From: Nitrospiraceae bacterium
GTDB taxonomy: Bacteria; Nitrospirota; Thermodesulfovibrionia; UBA6902
Length of the DNA stretch: 64,000 nucleotides
Direction: 5' to 3'
NCBI GenBank assembly: GCA_020356065.1
Contig: CP070632.1
Location: forward strand, 700,128-764,127
Below the pieces are notes generated by a model. The model was not told the DNA's origin. It searched no databases and saw only the letters and a list, made by a program, of their open reading frames with translations. This document shows, in pieces, positions 1 to 9,535 of the stretch. The translations under genes and the position numbers were made by a program. Numbering within the stretch: the stretch's first letter is position 1; the number at the start of each line of letters is the position of its first letter.

Positions 1-560
1 GAGATAATATTTGCTCGCATCTTCATATACCATTGCAGAGTGGCTCAGATAAGATACTAAAATCAATGAACAGGGGATACAGCACCACTAAATATAAACA
101 GGTTATTAACAGGATAATAAAAGAATATCCCGATATAGCAATTGGTACAGATGTAATAGTCGGTTTCCCAGGGGAGTCGGATAAGGATTTTCAGGATACA
201 TATCGTTTTGTTGAGGAACTTCCATTCAGTTACCTGCATGTGTTTCCATATTCCCGGAGGTCTTCTACAAAAGCATCTCATATGCCGGATCAGATTAACG
301 GAGCCGTCAAACGAAGCCGGGTTAATTCCATTATAGAATTAAGTCAAAATAAGAAATTGCTATATTTAAATAGGTATAGAGACAGAATACTTAATGTAAT
401 AATTGAAAGTAGTGAAATAACTAGCGGAAATTACATTGCAATTTCTGATAATTACATTAAACTAACTGTTAAAGGGAATGGATTATTCCCGGGTGACAGA
501 GTACGTGTCAGGGTCATATCTTTGACTGGTTCTAAGTTGCTGGCACAAGCCTTCAATTAA
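1..560 (+). CDS. C-terminal part of a MiaB/MtaB-family radical-SAM tRNA methylthiotransferase (radical SAM core end + TRAM domain); 5' end lies outside the window
   Basis: The in-frame translation from position 3 reads ...HLHIPLQSGSDKILKSMNRGY..., the conserved MiaB/RimO/MtaB motif. The C-terminal ~60 aa are TRAM-like. The frame is open to the window edge, so the TTG at 33 is not the true start. Confidence 0.8.
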   Translation, partial: DNICSHLHIPLQSGSDKILKSMNRGYSTTKYKQVINRIIKEYPDIAIGTDVIVGFPGESDKDFQDTYRFVEELPFSYLHVFPYSRRSSTKASHMPDQINGAVKRSRVNSIIELSQNKKLLYLNRYRDRILNVIIESSEITSGNYIAISDNYIKLTVKGNGLFPGDRVRVRVISLTGSKLLAQAFN

Positions 561-723
561 TTTAAATAATACATAACATATTGAATTATAGATGTTTTTA
601 AACTGCCTAAAGATTGTGCAATCCCTGAATATCCAATAATTAAAGCATCTCACGGGAATGTGATCGTATGTTTTCACATATTCCTAACAAAACTTTGACG
701 CATCGAATGTCTGATAAGATATA

Positions 724-1953
724 TTATGTTAAATTAGCTTTCAGGAATTTCAGGACGTCATCCTTATTTTGTAAGTTTCCCAGAAACATCTGACGGTACA
801 TCTCTTCCTTAATAATGCCAATCTTCCGCCCCGGCGCTAACGACGCGATTTTCTGTATATCATAACCGGTTAATCCGGTCTTCCTGCTTATAATTTCTTT
901 CATCTTATCAACACTCTCAAAATAATAAAGATCTTTTCTCTTCTTTATTACCGAAATAATCAGCGACACCTCTTCCATGCATTCATTTGATAGACGAAAT
1001 ATGCCATATAATTTATTTCTGGTTAACCTCCCCATGGATATTCTTAATGCTGCATGAATTGACTGAACTCTTCTTAAGATTGATGTTCCGATAGTTAACC
1101 TGGATAATGAATTACTTTCAATATCTTCTGTGAAAGTTAATAATGCCAGTTTTAAAAGGCCGTAGCGGCTCAAATTCTGTTTAATTTTTGTATCCAGCAT
1201 ATCTATCAGGTCATATGAAGAGTAACTGACCGGAATTATGGTTTTTATATAACGTATCATATCATCTAATTCTTTAATCAAACAAATATTATTATTTAAT
1301 ATATCGCTACTTAGAGGAATTATGTCATGCAATACATGAGTATTAAGCATCAAAAGTATTAATTCTGAGTTATTATGTATGTTCATCAGCTTAATGCACT
1401 CATCCGTTATTCTTTCAGAAGCAACAGATTTCAAATGTTTTACATTTTTCTTTATTGAGGTAAGAGTCTTATTTTCTACACTGAAATGTAAATCGGCAGC
1501 AATTCTGAATGCCCTGATACACCGTACTGGATCTTTTAAAAGACTTTTGTCATGAATATGCTGTACGATCTTTCTCCTGATATCATCCGTACCACATAAT
1601 GGGTCAACTATCCCGTCTCCTAATGACCATGCGATCGCATTTATTTTGAAGTCCCTTCCTTTCAGGTCAGATACAACATTCCTACCCATTTCTGTAAAGT
1701 CAATAAAATTCTTTTCATTCGTTACCACTCTGTACATATTATATTTCTTAAGATAAATGACCTTTCCGTTAAACTTCTTTGCTGTTTTCAGAGAGAGGGT
1801 TTTGATATTACGTCCAATATAATCTCTGTCTTCATATGATCTTCCGATTAAGACATCACGCACATAACCGCCTACAAGGAAACACTTGTGAATGGAATTC
1901 TCAAAAATCCACCTGTTAACCGGATCTGAAAGTATTTTTTCACTCAGGTTCAT
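724..1953 (-). CDS. cca: CCA-adding tRNA nucleotidyltransferase / poly(A) polymerase family protein
   Basis: The N-terminal pol-beta-like head carries a GGYVRD motif (LVGGYVRDVLIGR), followed by the DxD region. Length is 409 aa. Confidence 0.75.
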   Translation of the reverse strand: MNLSEKILSDPVNRWIFENSIHKCFLVGGYVRDVLIGRSYEDRDYIGRNIKTLSLKTAKKFNGKVIYLKKYNMYRVVTNEKNFIDFTEMGRNVVSDLKGRDFKINAIAWSLGDGIVDPLCGTDDIRRKIVQHIHDKSLLKDPVRCIRAFRIAADLHFSVENKTLTSIKKNVKHLKSVASERITDECIKLMNIHNNSELILLMLNTHVLHDIIPLSSDILNNNICLIKELDDMIRYIKTIIPVSYSSYDLIDMLDTKIKQNLSRYGLLKLALLTFTEDIESNSLSRLTIGTSILRRVQSIHAALRISMGRLTRNKLYGIFRLSNECMEEVSLIISVIKKRKDLYYFESVDKMKEIISRKTGLTGYDIQKIASLAPGRKIGIIKEEMYRQMFLGNLQNKDDVLKFLKANLT

Positions 1954-2342
1954 GTTACATAGATTTTAAACTACGTTAATTACTAAAACAATGTAGCGGG
2001 TTAATTGAAATGAATTATGAGCGGATAAAATTCAAAGTGCTGGCTATCTGTAACTCAGTTGTCTGAATAAGCCAGTATAAATACACAGTCAGAATGATAA
2101 TCACAGCTTCTGAATTGCATGGCTTCCTCTACATAATCTGACTCTAAAGGGAAATTATGCATATAAATCTCACCGTTGTCCATATTTTCCTGTATGATTA
2201 CTTTATATTCCATCACTCCTTTATATCGTCATTTGAACAAAAAACTTTAGCCTGTAATTATTAATGAATAGTTACGGTTAGTTGGTGGTATGGAAATGGC
2301 GGAAATTTGAACTGATTGAAAGAGGAGGGATAATGTTATGTT

Positions 2343-4397
2343 TTAACTTCTCAGCTCTGCCCCAAGATTGTCTTTCAGCTTTTTAATAATTCTGGTATAC
2401 AGCTCATCGACTTCGATATCTGTCAACGTTTTTTCGGTTGATCGGAACCGGATCGAAAAGGCAAGGCTCTTTTTATCGGACGGGATGGATGTGCCTTTAT
2501 AAATATCAAACAGCCTGATTTCCTCTATCATATCGGATTTAATATCCAGCATTTCTTTACTGACTGAAGATACTGTCACATCATCATGTACCAGCATGGA
2601 CACATCTCTTTCAACATAGGGGTATTTGGGCAGAGGAGTATATAGTGTTTTTGAAGGCATATGCATAAGTAATATATGTAAATCATTAATCTCAGCTATA
2701 GTGATGTCACCGGCAATATCAAATGCCTCAGCAACGCCGGGGTGTATTACACCGATTGTTCCGATGTTATTGTCATCAATCATAATGGAACACGATTTGC
2801 CGGGATGGAGATAAGGCTGTTCAATAGTATCTGTGTGCACAAAACTCATATTCTTAATGTTCAGACTGGACAGTACGCGTTCAACCGCCCCCTTTAAATC
2901 ATAATATCCGTCATGGCCTCTTTTCCAGAGGGCCTGTGACTTGTCCTTGTGATACACGGCTGCTGCCTGCAGGACCTCATCGGGCAGTTTCTCTTGCGAT
3001 GTGAAAAAGACTTTTGATATTTCAAAAAATCGAAGTTCCTTTTCCCCGCGATTTAGGTTCAGACTCAGGTTAGCCAGGAGGGCGGGGACAAGGGTGGTTC
3101 TCATTGCAGACTCTTCCTGTCTTAACGGATTACTGACATATAGTAGATTTCTTCTCCTGTCATTATCTGAGAGCGCCAGCTTATCAATTGCATCATGGTT
3201 AATAAAGCTGTAATTAATGGCTTCTGTATAGCCGGCCCCGCTGAAAGATAATTTTAATGACTTGACGAGATTTTGAGTCCTGTGTTCAGGCGCAGGACTC
3301 ATTTGCATCAACGGCAGCGTAGAAGGGATATTGTCATATCCATATAGCCTGGCCACCTCCTCGACTATATCTTCCTCTCTCTCCACATCACGTCTGTAAC
3401 TTGGAGGAGTAACATTTACTATGTCCCCTTCCCTGCTCACTTTAAAACCAAGGCTGCTCAATGTCTCTTCAATGTATGACGGTTCGAGGTTAACGCCGAT
3501 CAATGAGTTGATCCTCTCGAATGTAACTGGGATTAAGCGGGGCTGGTAGCGCTCAGGATACACATCCGTCAAACCGGATATTTCCCCCCCTGCCAGTTCA
3601 GCTATCATTGCAGCTGCCCTGTCCAGAGCAGTCGATACGTTTTCAATGTCCACCCCCCGTTCAAACCTGTATGATGACTCGGTAGACAAACCAAGAGACT
3701 TGGAGGTCCGCCTTACTGATGATGGTTTAAAATATGCGCTCTCAAGCAGGATGTTACGGGTCGAGTCAGAAACCTCTGTGTTCAGACCTCCCATGACGCC
3801 GGCCATTGCAACAGGTCTTTCACTATCCCATATCATCAGCATCTCTTTGCCCAGGGACCGTTCTTCATTGTCCAGAGTGGTAAATGTCTTAATATTACCT
3901 GCCTGTCTTACAACGATTCTTTTACCTGCAAGCTTATCAAGGTCAAATGCGTGCAAAGGCTGTCCAAGCTCAAGAAGCACATAGTTTGTAACATCCACAA
4001 TATTGGAAGTGGGTCTTATACCGCATGCCTCCAGACGTTTTACGAGCCAGTCTGGAGAAGGTCCGGGTTTCACACCCGTTATAATCCTTGAAGAATAGCG
4101 GTAACATACATCAGGGGATGCAACGGTAATATCAGGGCCCGGTTCACGTGTATTATCCACATCCACTTTAACATCTTTAAGAGGCAGTCCCAGGATAGTG
4201 GATATCTCGCGGGCAATTCCCCTGATGCAGAGACAGTCCGGCCTGTTGGGCGTAATGCCGATATCAAATACCGTATCCCCTTCAATCGTTTCAATAACTT
4301 CAACTTCAGAACCTGCCATGGTAATGGCATGGGCCAGTTCATCGGGTGATGTATCAAAATCAACAAACTCTTTCAGCCAGTTGTAGGATACCTTCAA
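2343..4397 (-). CDS. pheT: phenylalanine--tRNA ligase beta subunit (short form lacking the N-terminal tRNA-binding/EMAP domain)
   Basis: The N-terminus MKVSYNWLKEF is typical of PheT, and the B3/4, B5 and anticodon-binding regions are recognisable. It starts at TTG with a GGGAGAGG SD 7 nt upstream. It is the last gene of the thrS-infC-rpmI-rplT-pheST block. Confidence 0.95.
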   Translation of the reverse strand: MKVSYNWLKEFVDFDTSPDELAHAITMAGSEVEVIETIEGDTVFDIGITPNRPDCLCIRGIAREISTILGLPLKDVKVDVDNTREPGPDITVASPDVCYRYSSRIITGVKPGPSPDWLVKRLEACGIRPTSNIVDVTNYVLLELGQPLHAFDLDKLAGKRIVVRQAGNIKTFTTLDNEERSLGKEMLMIWDSERPVAMAGVMGGLNTEVSDSTRNILLESAYFKPSSVRRTSKSLGLSTESSYRFERGVDIENVSTALDRAAAMIAELAGGEISGLTDVYPERYQPRLIPVTFERINSLIGVNLEPSYIEETLSSLGFKVSREGDIVNVTPPSYRRDVEREEDIVEEVARLYGYDNIPSTLPLMQMSPAPEHRTQNLVKSLKLSFSGAGYTEAINYSFINHDAIDKLALSDNDRRRNLLYVSNPLRQEESAMRTTLVPALLANLSLNLNRGEKELRFFEISKVFFTSQEKLPDEVLQAAAVYHKDKSQALWKRGHDGYYDLKGAVERVLSSLNIKNMSFVHTDTIEQPYLHPGKSCSIMIDDNNIGTIGVIHPGVAEAFDIAGDITIAEINDLHILLMHMPSKTLYTPLPKYPYVERDVSMLVHDDVTVSSVSKEMLDIKSDMIEEIRLFDIYKGTSIPSDKKSLAFSIRFRSTEKTLTDIEVDELYTRIIKKLKDNLGAELRS

Positions 4398-4464
4398 AAA
4401 TTAACCTCTCCCTTACTACACTTTTTATTTAATTTTAAATTTATTAATATGCCTTTATATAAAC

Positions 4465-4572
4465 AATTGTTCAACGTTGTTCAAAATAGCTCAAAATAGT
4501 TCGAAATAGTATCGTACATATGTACTTCGACATTGAACCACTGTTGAACAATTATTGAACTATAGTTGAACC
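4465..4572. repeat. helically phased GTTCAA/TTGAAC hexamer array with a central 12-bp palindrome in the pheS-pheT spacer
   Basis: Plus strand: GTTCAA at 4467 and 4477, TTCGAA at 4500, and three TCAAAATAG-type 10-mers. GTACATATGTAC lies at 4514-4525. TTGAAC occurs at 4533, 4544, 4555 and 4566 with an exact 11-bp period. The left and right arms are inverse-oriented. Confidence 0.6.
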
Positions 4573-4578
4573 AGGCAC

Positions 4579-5595
4579 TCAAAACTGCTCCAGGAATCTC
4601 CTGTCATTTTCAGGGAATAAGCGAACATCATCAATACTGTACTTGAGCATTGCTATCCTCTCGATCCCCATACCAAAGGCAAACCCTGTATATTTGTCAG
4701 GATCGTATCCTGCCTTTTCATACACGCGTGGATTAATCATGCCCGCACCAAGTATTTCAATCCATCCGGTCCCGCTGCAGACGTTGCAGCCCTTGCCCCC
4801 GCACATCACACAGGAAATATCAATCTCAGCGCTCGGCTCAGTAAAGGGAAAGAAACTCGGTCTGAGCCTCACCTTTGTATGCGGCCCAAACACCCGGTGT
4901 ATAAAGAGCTCAAGCACACCCTTAAGGTCGCTCATGCGTATACGATTGTCAACCATGAACCCCTCAAGCTGATGAAACATGGGAATATGGCTGACATCAG
5001 CATCACATCGGTAAACCTTTCCCGGCGCGATAACTCTCAATGGAGGATCGTTTTTCTCCATTACGCGTACCTGAACAGAAGACGTGTGGGTTCTCAGAAC
5101 AATGTCATGACTGATATAAAAAGTGTCCTGCATGTCCCTTGCAGGATGATCCTCGGGCATGTTCAAGGCCTCGAAATTATAAAAATCAAGTTCAACCTCG
5201 GGCCCCTCTTCCACTGAGAAACCAAGAGATGTAAATATTCCGCTGACCTCATCAAGGACCTGTGTAACAGGGTGGAGTCGCCCGGATGGTGTATAACATC
5301 CGGGCACAGTAACATCTATCTGTTCTGTCTTAAGCCTGTTATTGATATCAGAAGCCTTAAGTCCCTTTTCCTGCCTGGAGATAAGGTCTTCCAGCGATTT
5401 TTTGATTTCATTCAGGCTACTTCCAAAGGCAGGTCTGTCTTCTTTGGGAATGGATTTAAGGGACTTCAACTGTTCCGTTAAAATCCCTTTCTTGCCTAAA
5501 TACTTTACTTTAAGATCATGTATATTTTTAAGGCTGCTTGCTTTACTGATTTCCTCCCGGGCATGTTCCCCTATGGAGTGGATATCATTCTGCAT
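4579..5595 (-). CDS. pheS: phenylalanine--tRNA ligase alpha subunit
   Basis: Class II aaRS core motifs are present (…[12 protein letters not shown]…[15 protein letters not shown]…[14 protein letters not shown]). It overlaps the rplT stop by 11 nt. Confidence 0.95.
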   Translation of the reverse strand: MQNDIHSIGEHAREEISKASSLKNIHDLKVKYLGKKGILTEQLKSLKSIPKEDRPAFGSSLNEIKKSLEDLISRQEKGLKASDINNRLKTEQIDVTVPGCYTPSGRLHPVTQVLDEVSGIFTSLGFSVEEGPEVELDFYNFEALNMPEDHPARDMQDTFYISHDIVLRTHTSSVQVRVMEKNDPPLRVIAPGKVYRCDADVSHIPMFHQLEGFMVDNRIRMSDLKGVLELFIHRVFGPHTKVRLRPSFFPFTEPSAEIDISCVMCGGKGCNVCSGTGWIEILGAGMINPRVYEKAGYDPDKYTGFAFGMGIERIAMLKYSIDDVRLFPENDRRFLEQF

Positions 5596-5944
5596 TCCCT
5601 TTTTTAACCATATCTACCAGGTTTGTGAATGCCTTGGGATCATTATATGCCAAATCTGCCAGGGCCTTTCTGTTCAGCTGCACGTTCATTCCCTTAAGCT
5701 TATTCATGAACTGGCTGTAAGACATTCCAAGAGCCCTCACGGCAGCGTTGATTCTGATTATCCACAGCGATCTGAATTCTCTCTTCTTTACTCTTCTGTC
5801 TCTAAATGCGTTCAGTAATGCCCTGTCAACAGCCTGAGCCGCAACCTTGTAAAGGCGGCTTCTTGCTCCGTAAAATCCCTTTGCCATTTTAAGGACTTTT
5901 TTTCTTCTTCTGCGGGTCTTATACCCGCCCCGTGTTCTCGGCAT
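5585..5944 (-). CDS. rplT: 50S ribosomal protein L20
   Basis: Full-length match to the bL20 family ([35 protein letters not shown]…). Confidence 0.97.
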   Translation of the reverse strand: MPRTRGGYKTRRRRKKVLKMAKGFYGARSRLYKVAAQAVDRALLNAFRDRRVKKREFRSLWIIRINAAVRALGMSYSQFMNKLKGMNVQLNRKALADLAYNDPKAFTNLVDMVKKGNAE

Positions 5945-6087
5945 GTATATTTACCTCCTGATATTTCTTATCTGTAAAATACAAGAACTGATTATACAGC
6001 AACCGCTACATAAAATTCTTTCTTCTGTATCCTGACTTTGTCTGAACTGAAAACCTGCAAAGCTGTATATTAAGAATAATTTGAGAT

Positions 6088-6282
6088 TTAATTCGGAAGC
6101 ATCTTTCTGACGGCATCAACATTTGTCTTATCAACCAATCCACACTTCCTCAGCAACTTGGTCCGCTTGGAAGATTTATGTGTGAGAAGATGACCCATAT
6201 AAGCCCTGCTTCTTTTAAACTTACCAGAGGCCGTTTTCTTAAATCGCTTGGCTGCACCTCTATGTGTTTTCAACTTCGGCAT
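6088..6282 (-). CDS. rpmI: 50S ribosomal protein L35
   Basis: [24 protein letters not shown]… is the bL35 family; 64 aa. Confidence 0.97.
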   Translation of the reverse strand: MPKLKTHRGAAKRFKKTASGKFKRSRAYMGHLLTHKSSKRTKLLRKCGLVDKTNVDAVRKMLPN

Positions 6283-6543
6283 TACACTCTCCTTTTCGGT
6301 AAATAAAGTAACTATAAATTATATGGAAATAATCAAAAAATAACAAGTATTACAGCTGATTCGGTAAGAAATTCCATATCCGTAACAGGATAAGGTCCGA
6401 TAAAAATTGATTCCCCTCTCAGGAAAGGCTGGAACAATGATATTTGGAATTAATTCCTTATTTTTGAAAGAGTATATGCCTGTACAAAACGTAACGAGGT
6501 TTGCAGAAGCAACCGAAAGTTGTGGCAGAAAAGGTAAGACTGA

Positions 6544-7044
6544 TTACTTTGGGGCCAGAACCATTATCATGCGATAGCCTTCCATTTTAGCCATCTGCTC
6601 TACATTTGCAATCTCAGAAAATTCATCGGTAATGCGGTCAAAGACTTTTTTCCCAAGATCTTTGTGAACAATCTCTCTGCCACGGAACTGCATTGTTACT
6701 TTTACCTTGTCCCCGTGCTCCAGAAATTTCCTGGTATTTTTCATCTTAAAGAGATAATCATGCTCGCTTATCCTCGGCCTGACTTTGATCTCCTTTACAG
6801 TATATGTCTTGTGCTTCGATCCATGCTTCTTGGCTTGCTGGTAGCGGTACTTGCCATAATCGAGGATTTTACAAACAGGCGGTTTGGCATCAGGTGCCAC
6901 TTCAACCAGATCAAGGTCACTCTCTGCTGCAATTTTTCGGGCACTGTGAATATCCATTACTCCAAGTTGATTGCCTTCGTTGTCAATGACTCGAACATCT
7001 TTAGCCCTGATCCACTTATTTACTCTTAATCCTTTACTTATAAT
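6544..7044 (-). CDS. infC: translation initiation factor IF-3, starting at a non-AUG (AUU, alternatively AUA) codon
   Basis: The ATG-initiated ORF (6544-6957) lacks the IF-3 N-domain. The frame stays open upstream and encodes …ISKGLRVNKWIRAKDVRVIDNEGNQLGV, the IF-3 N-domain. An in-frame ATT at 7044-7042 sits directly after an AGGAGG SD (7052-7047) and overlaps the thrS TAA stop. An AUU start is the established hallmark of infC. Confidence 0.9.
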   Translation of the reverse strand: MISKGLRVNKWIRAKDVRVIDNEGNQLGVMDIHSARKIAAESDLDLVEVAPDAKPPVCKILDYGKYRYQQAKKHGSKHKTYTVKEIKVRPRISEHDYLFKMKNTRKFLEHGDKVKVTMQFRGREIVHKDLGKKVFDRITDEFSEIANVEQMAKMEGYRMIMVLAPK

Positions 7045-8786
7045 TACCTCCTGTTTGAAATTTGTTCTTTAAGAAATGATATAAGACTTTCTATCGTCAT
7101 TTCTCCGGTGTTTTCACCATTTCTTTTTCTTATATTAACGGTATTGCTGGAAATTTCTTTATCACCTATTATACACATATAGGGAGTTTTTAAAACACTG
7201 GCACGCCTAATTTTATAACCGATTTTCTCATTGTCTTCATCCATTTCCACCCTTATGTCTTCCTTAAGAAGAGTACTCATGAGATTCCTGCAGTACTCAG
7301 CATGCCTTTCCGCAATAGGCAGGATGGATATCTGTACAGGTGAAAGCCAGACAGGAAATGCTCCGGCATAATGCTCGATCAGAACACCGAAAAACCTTTC
7401 AAGAGACCCCATCAAAGCCCGGTGAATCATTATGGGTCTGTGTTCCCTGCTGTCAGTTCCCCTGTAATTAATATCAAGTCTCTCAGGAATATTAAAGTCT
7501 ACCTGGATAGTGCTGCACTGCCATTGCCTTCCAAGTGAATCTCTGACTTTTATATCAATCTTAGGTCCGTAAAAAACTCCTTCACCCGGGTCTTCCTCAT
7601 ATCTAAGCCCTTTTACATGTAATGCCTTACCCAGGGCATCAGTGGCCTTTTTCCAGCCTTCTTCAGTCCCGACATACTTATCAGGTCTTGTTGAAAGGTA
7701 AATGTCGTAATTGTCGAATCCAAACGTCCTTAGTATGAAAAGCGTAAAATCAAGGACACTTAACACCTCATCGTCAATCTGATTTTCACTGCAGAAGATA
7801 TGGGCATCATCCTGGGTAAACCCTCTCACCCTAAGAAGTCCGTGCAACACCCCTGAACGTTCATACCGGTACACCGTGCCAAGTTCAGCATATCTTAATG
7901 GAAGATCCCTGTAGCTTCTCAGGTGACTTTTAAAAATTGAAACATGAAAAGGGCAGTTCATGGGTTTGATCTCATAATCAAGGCCTTCCACTTCCATGGG
8001 GGAATACATATTCTCTTTGTAGAAATCAAGGTGCCCTGTCTTTTTCCAGAGATCAAGTTTGGCCATATGCGGTGTATATAAAATCTGATATCCGGCCCTG
8101 TGATGCTCATCGAGCCAGAATTTTTCTATTTCTCTTCTGATGGCTGCCCCCCGCGGATGCCAGAGCACAAGACCAGATCCAATCTCATCATTAATGCTGA
8201 ACAGGTCAAGCTCTTTTCCCAGTCGGCGATGGTCTCTCTTCTTTACCTCTTCCAGAAAATCAAGATGCTGTTTCAGTGCTTCTTTTGTCGGAAAGGCCGT
8301 GCCATATATGCGCTGAAGCATCTTGTTTTTTTCATCACCACGCCAGTATGCTCCAGCAACAGATAAAAGTTTGAAGGCTTTTACCTTATTTGTCTTATCA
8401 AGATGAGGTCCACGGCAGAGATCAATAAAACCGCCCTCCTCATACACTGTCACGCTATTATCATCCAGTTCATTGATGAGCTCCACTTTATACGTCTCTC
8501 CAAGGTCTTTAAACAGATTCAGTGCATCGGCCTTTGCCAATTCCTTCCGCTCAAACGGGTTCTTTGATTTAATGATCTCCTTCATTTTCTTTTCAATTTT
8601 CGGCAGATCATCCTGAGTGATCGATATGTCGCAATCAAAATCGTAGTAAAAACCATCATCAATGGCAGGACCGATTGCAAGTTTTACGTCCGGGAACAGC
8701 TCTTTAACTGCGTGAGCCATAATATGTGAGGTACTGTGGCGGTAGGTCTCGAGATACTCTTTTTCGTTGTCTGATGCTTCTAAAAT
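7044..8786 (-). CDS. thrS: threonine--tRNA ligase lacking the N1 (TGS) domain; true start upstream of the annotated ATG, probably AUU
   Basis: The class II core and anticodon-binding domain are clear. The frame is open for 31 codons upstream of ATG 8720 back to a TAA stop at ~8813-8811. This stretch encodes …ETYRHSTSHIMAHAVKELFP, matching the conserved N2 editing-domain motif (E. coli …IRHSCAHLLGHAIKQLWP) that holds the zinc-binding HxxxH. A GGAGGA SD sits 6 nt before an in-frame ATT at 8786-8784. The stretch contains no ATG, GTG or TTG. Confidence 0.85.
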   Translation of the reverse strand: MLEASDNEKEYLETYRHSTSHIMAHAVKELFPDVKLAIGPAIDDGFYYDFDCDISITQDDLPKIEKKMKEIIKSKNPFERKELAKADALNLFKDLGETYKVELINELDDNSVTVYEEGGFIDLCRGPHLDKTNKVKAFKLLSVAGAYWRGDEKNKMLQRIYGTAFPTKEALKQHLDFLEEVKKRDHRRLGKELDLFSINDEIGSGLVLWHPRGAAIRREIEKFWLDEHHRAGYQILYTPHMAKLDLWKKTGHLDFYKENMYSPMEVEGLDYEIKPMNCPFHVSIFKSHLRSYRDLPLRYAELGTVYRYERSGVLHGLLRVRGFTQDDAHIFCSENQIDDEVLSVLDFTLFILRTFGFDNYDIYLSTRPDKYVGTEEGWKKATDALGKALHVKGLRYEEDPGEGVFYGPKIDIKVRDSLGRQWQCSTIQVDFNIPERLDINYRGTDSREHRPIMIHRALMGSLERFFGVLIEHYAGAFPVWLSPVQISILPIAERHAEYCRNLMSTLLKEDIRVEMDEDNEKIGYKIRRASVLKTPYMCIIGDKEISSNTVNIRKRNGENTGEMTIESLISFLKEQISNRR

Positions 8787-8875
8787 GTGAATTCCTCCGT
8801 TATGTAGCGGTTAGCTACCAGCCCATCCTTCAGGGATAAAAAAATCAGTTCTTCTTTAACTGACAGCTGTTTAAA

Positions 8876-8950
8876 TGGTAGGCACGGGCGGTTTCGAACC
8901 GCCGACCTCTACCGTGTCAAGGTAGCGCTCTCCCCCTGAGCTACGCGCCT
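8876..8950 (-). tRNA. tRNA-Val (anticodon GAC), CCA encoded
   Basis: Hand-folded cloverleaf: acceptor AGGCGCG/CGUGCCU (one G·U), D-stem GCUC/GAGC, anticodon stem CUACC/GGUAG with loop UUGACAC, T-stem GGCGG/CCGCC with loop UUCGAAA, and a 3' ACCA. Confidence 0.85.
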
Positions 8951-9042
8951 TATACATAAAAGATATGAAACAATTGAAAATGTTAAAAGAAATTTCTTTT
9001 CTTTGTCAAGTTTCGAGGTATGTATGCGTCCTTTTCTAATCA

Positions 9043-9073
9043 TAAAAAAGTCCCTCTGCATGACAGAGGGACT
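9043..9073 (-). terminator. rho-independent terminator downstream of the cold-shock gene
   Basis: A 10-bp GC-rich stem (AGTCCCTCTG / CAGAGGGACT) with a 5-nt loop is followed, on the minus strand, by a U6 tract. It lies 27 nt past the csp stop. Confidence 0.55.
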
Positions 9074-9099
9074 TAAAGATCCTTTTCTCAGATGTCAAA

Positions 9100-9300
9100 T
9101 TAGATTTTGTTTACGTTAATCGCCTTGGGACCTTTGGGGCCTTGTTCAATTTCAAATGAAACAGCATCACCTTCAGCAAGTGTTTTAAAACCGTTTCCCT
9201 GGATAGCAGAATAATGAACAAAAATGTCCATGCTGTCTTCACCTGTAATAAAACCAAAACCCTTTGATTCGTTAAACCATTTTACTTTTCCTTCAGCCAA
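9100..9300 (-). CDS. cold-shock protein, CspA family
   Basis: [18 protein letters not shown]… with RNP1/RNP2 motifs; 66 aa. Confidence 0.9.
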   Translation of the reverse strand: MAEGKVKWFNESKGFGFITGEDSMDIFVHYSAIQGNGFKTLAEGDAVSFEIEQGPKGPKAINVNKI

Positions 9301-9535
9301 AACTTCTTACCTCCTTAAAAATACTTCAGTCTAAAATTAGCAATACTTTATCTGTAATAGACCAGAAAGCATTACATCTTTTGGTCCCGGTTGCAAGAGG
9401 ATGGTCCATAAAATTAAGGATATAATGGCATTTAATTGTTCAAATGTCAATAATTATTTTGTCCTGATTATTGCTATTAATTATACAGTTATACCGTTGT
9501 GTTCAGTTATTCCCGGACATTTCTGGCATGTATTT

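Noticed and set aside
4465-4572. CRISPR array, suggested by the short repeated hexamers
   Set aside because: The repeat units are 6-10 nt and lie in both orientations with no unique spacers of 25-40 nt. There are no cas genes in the window.
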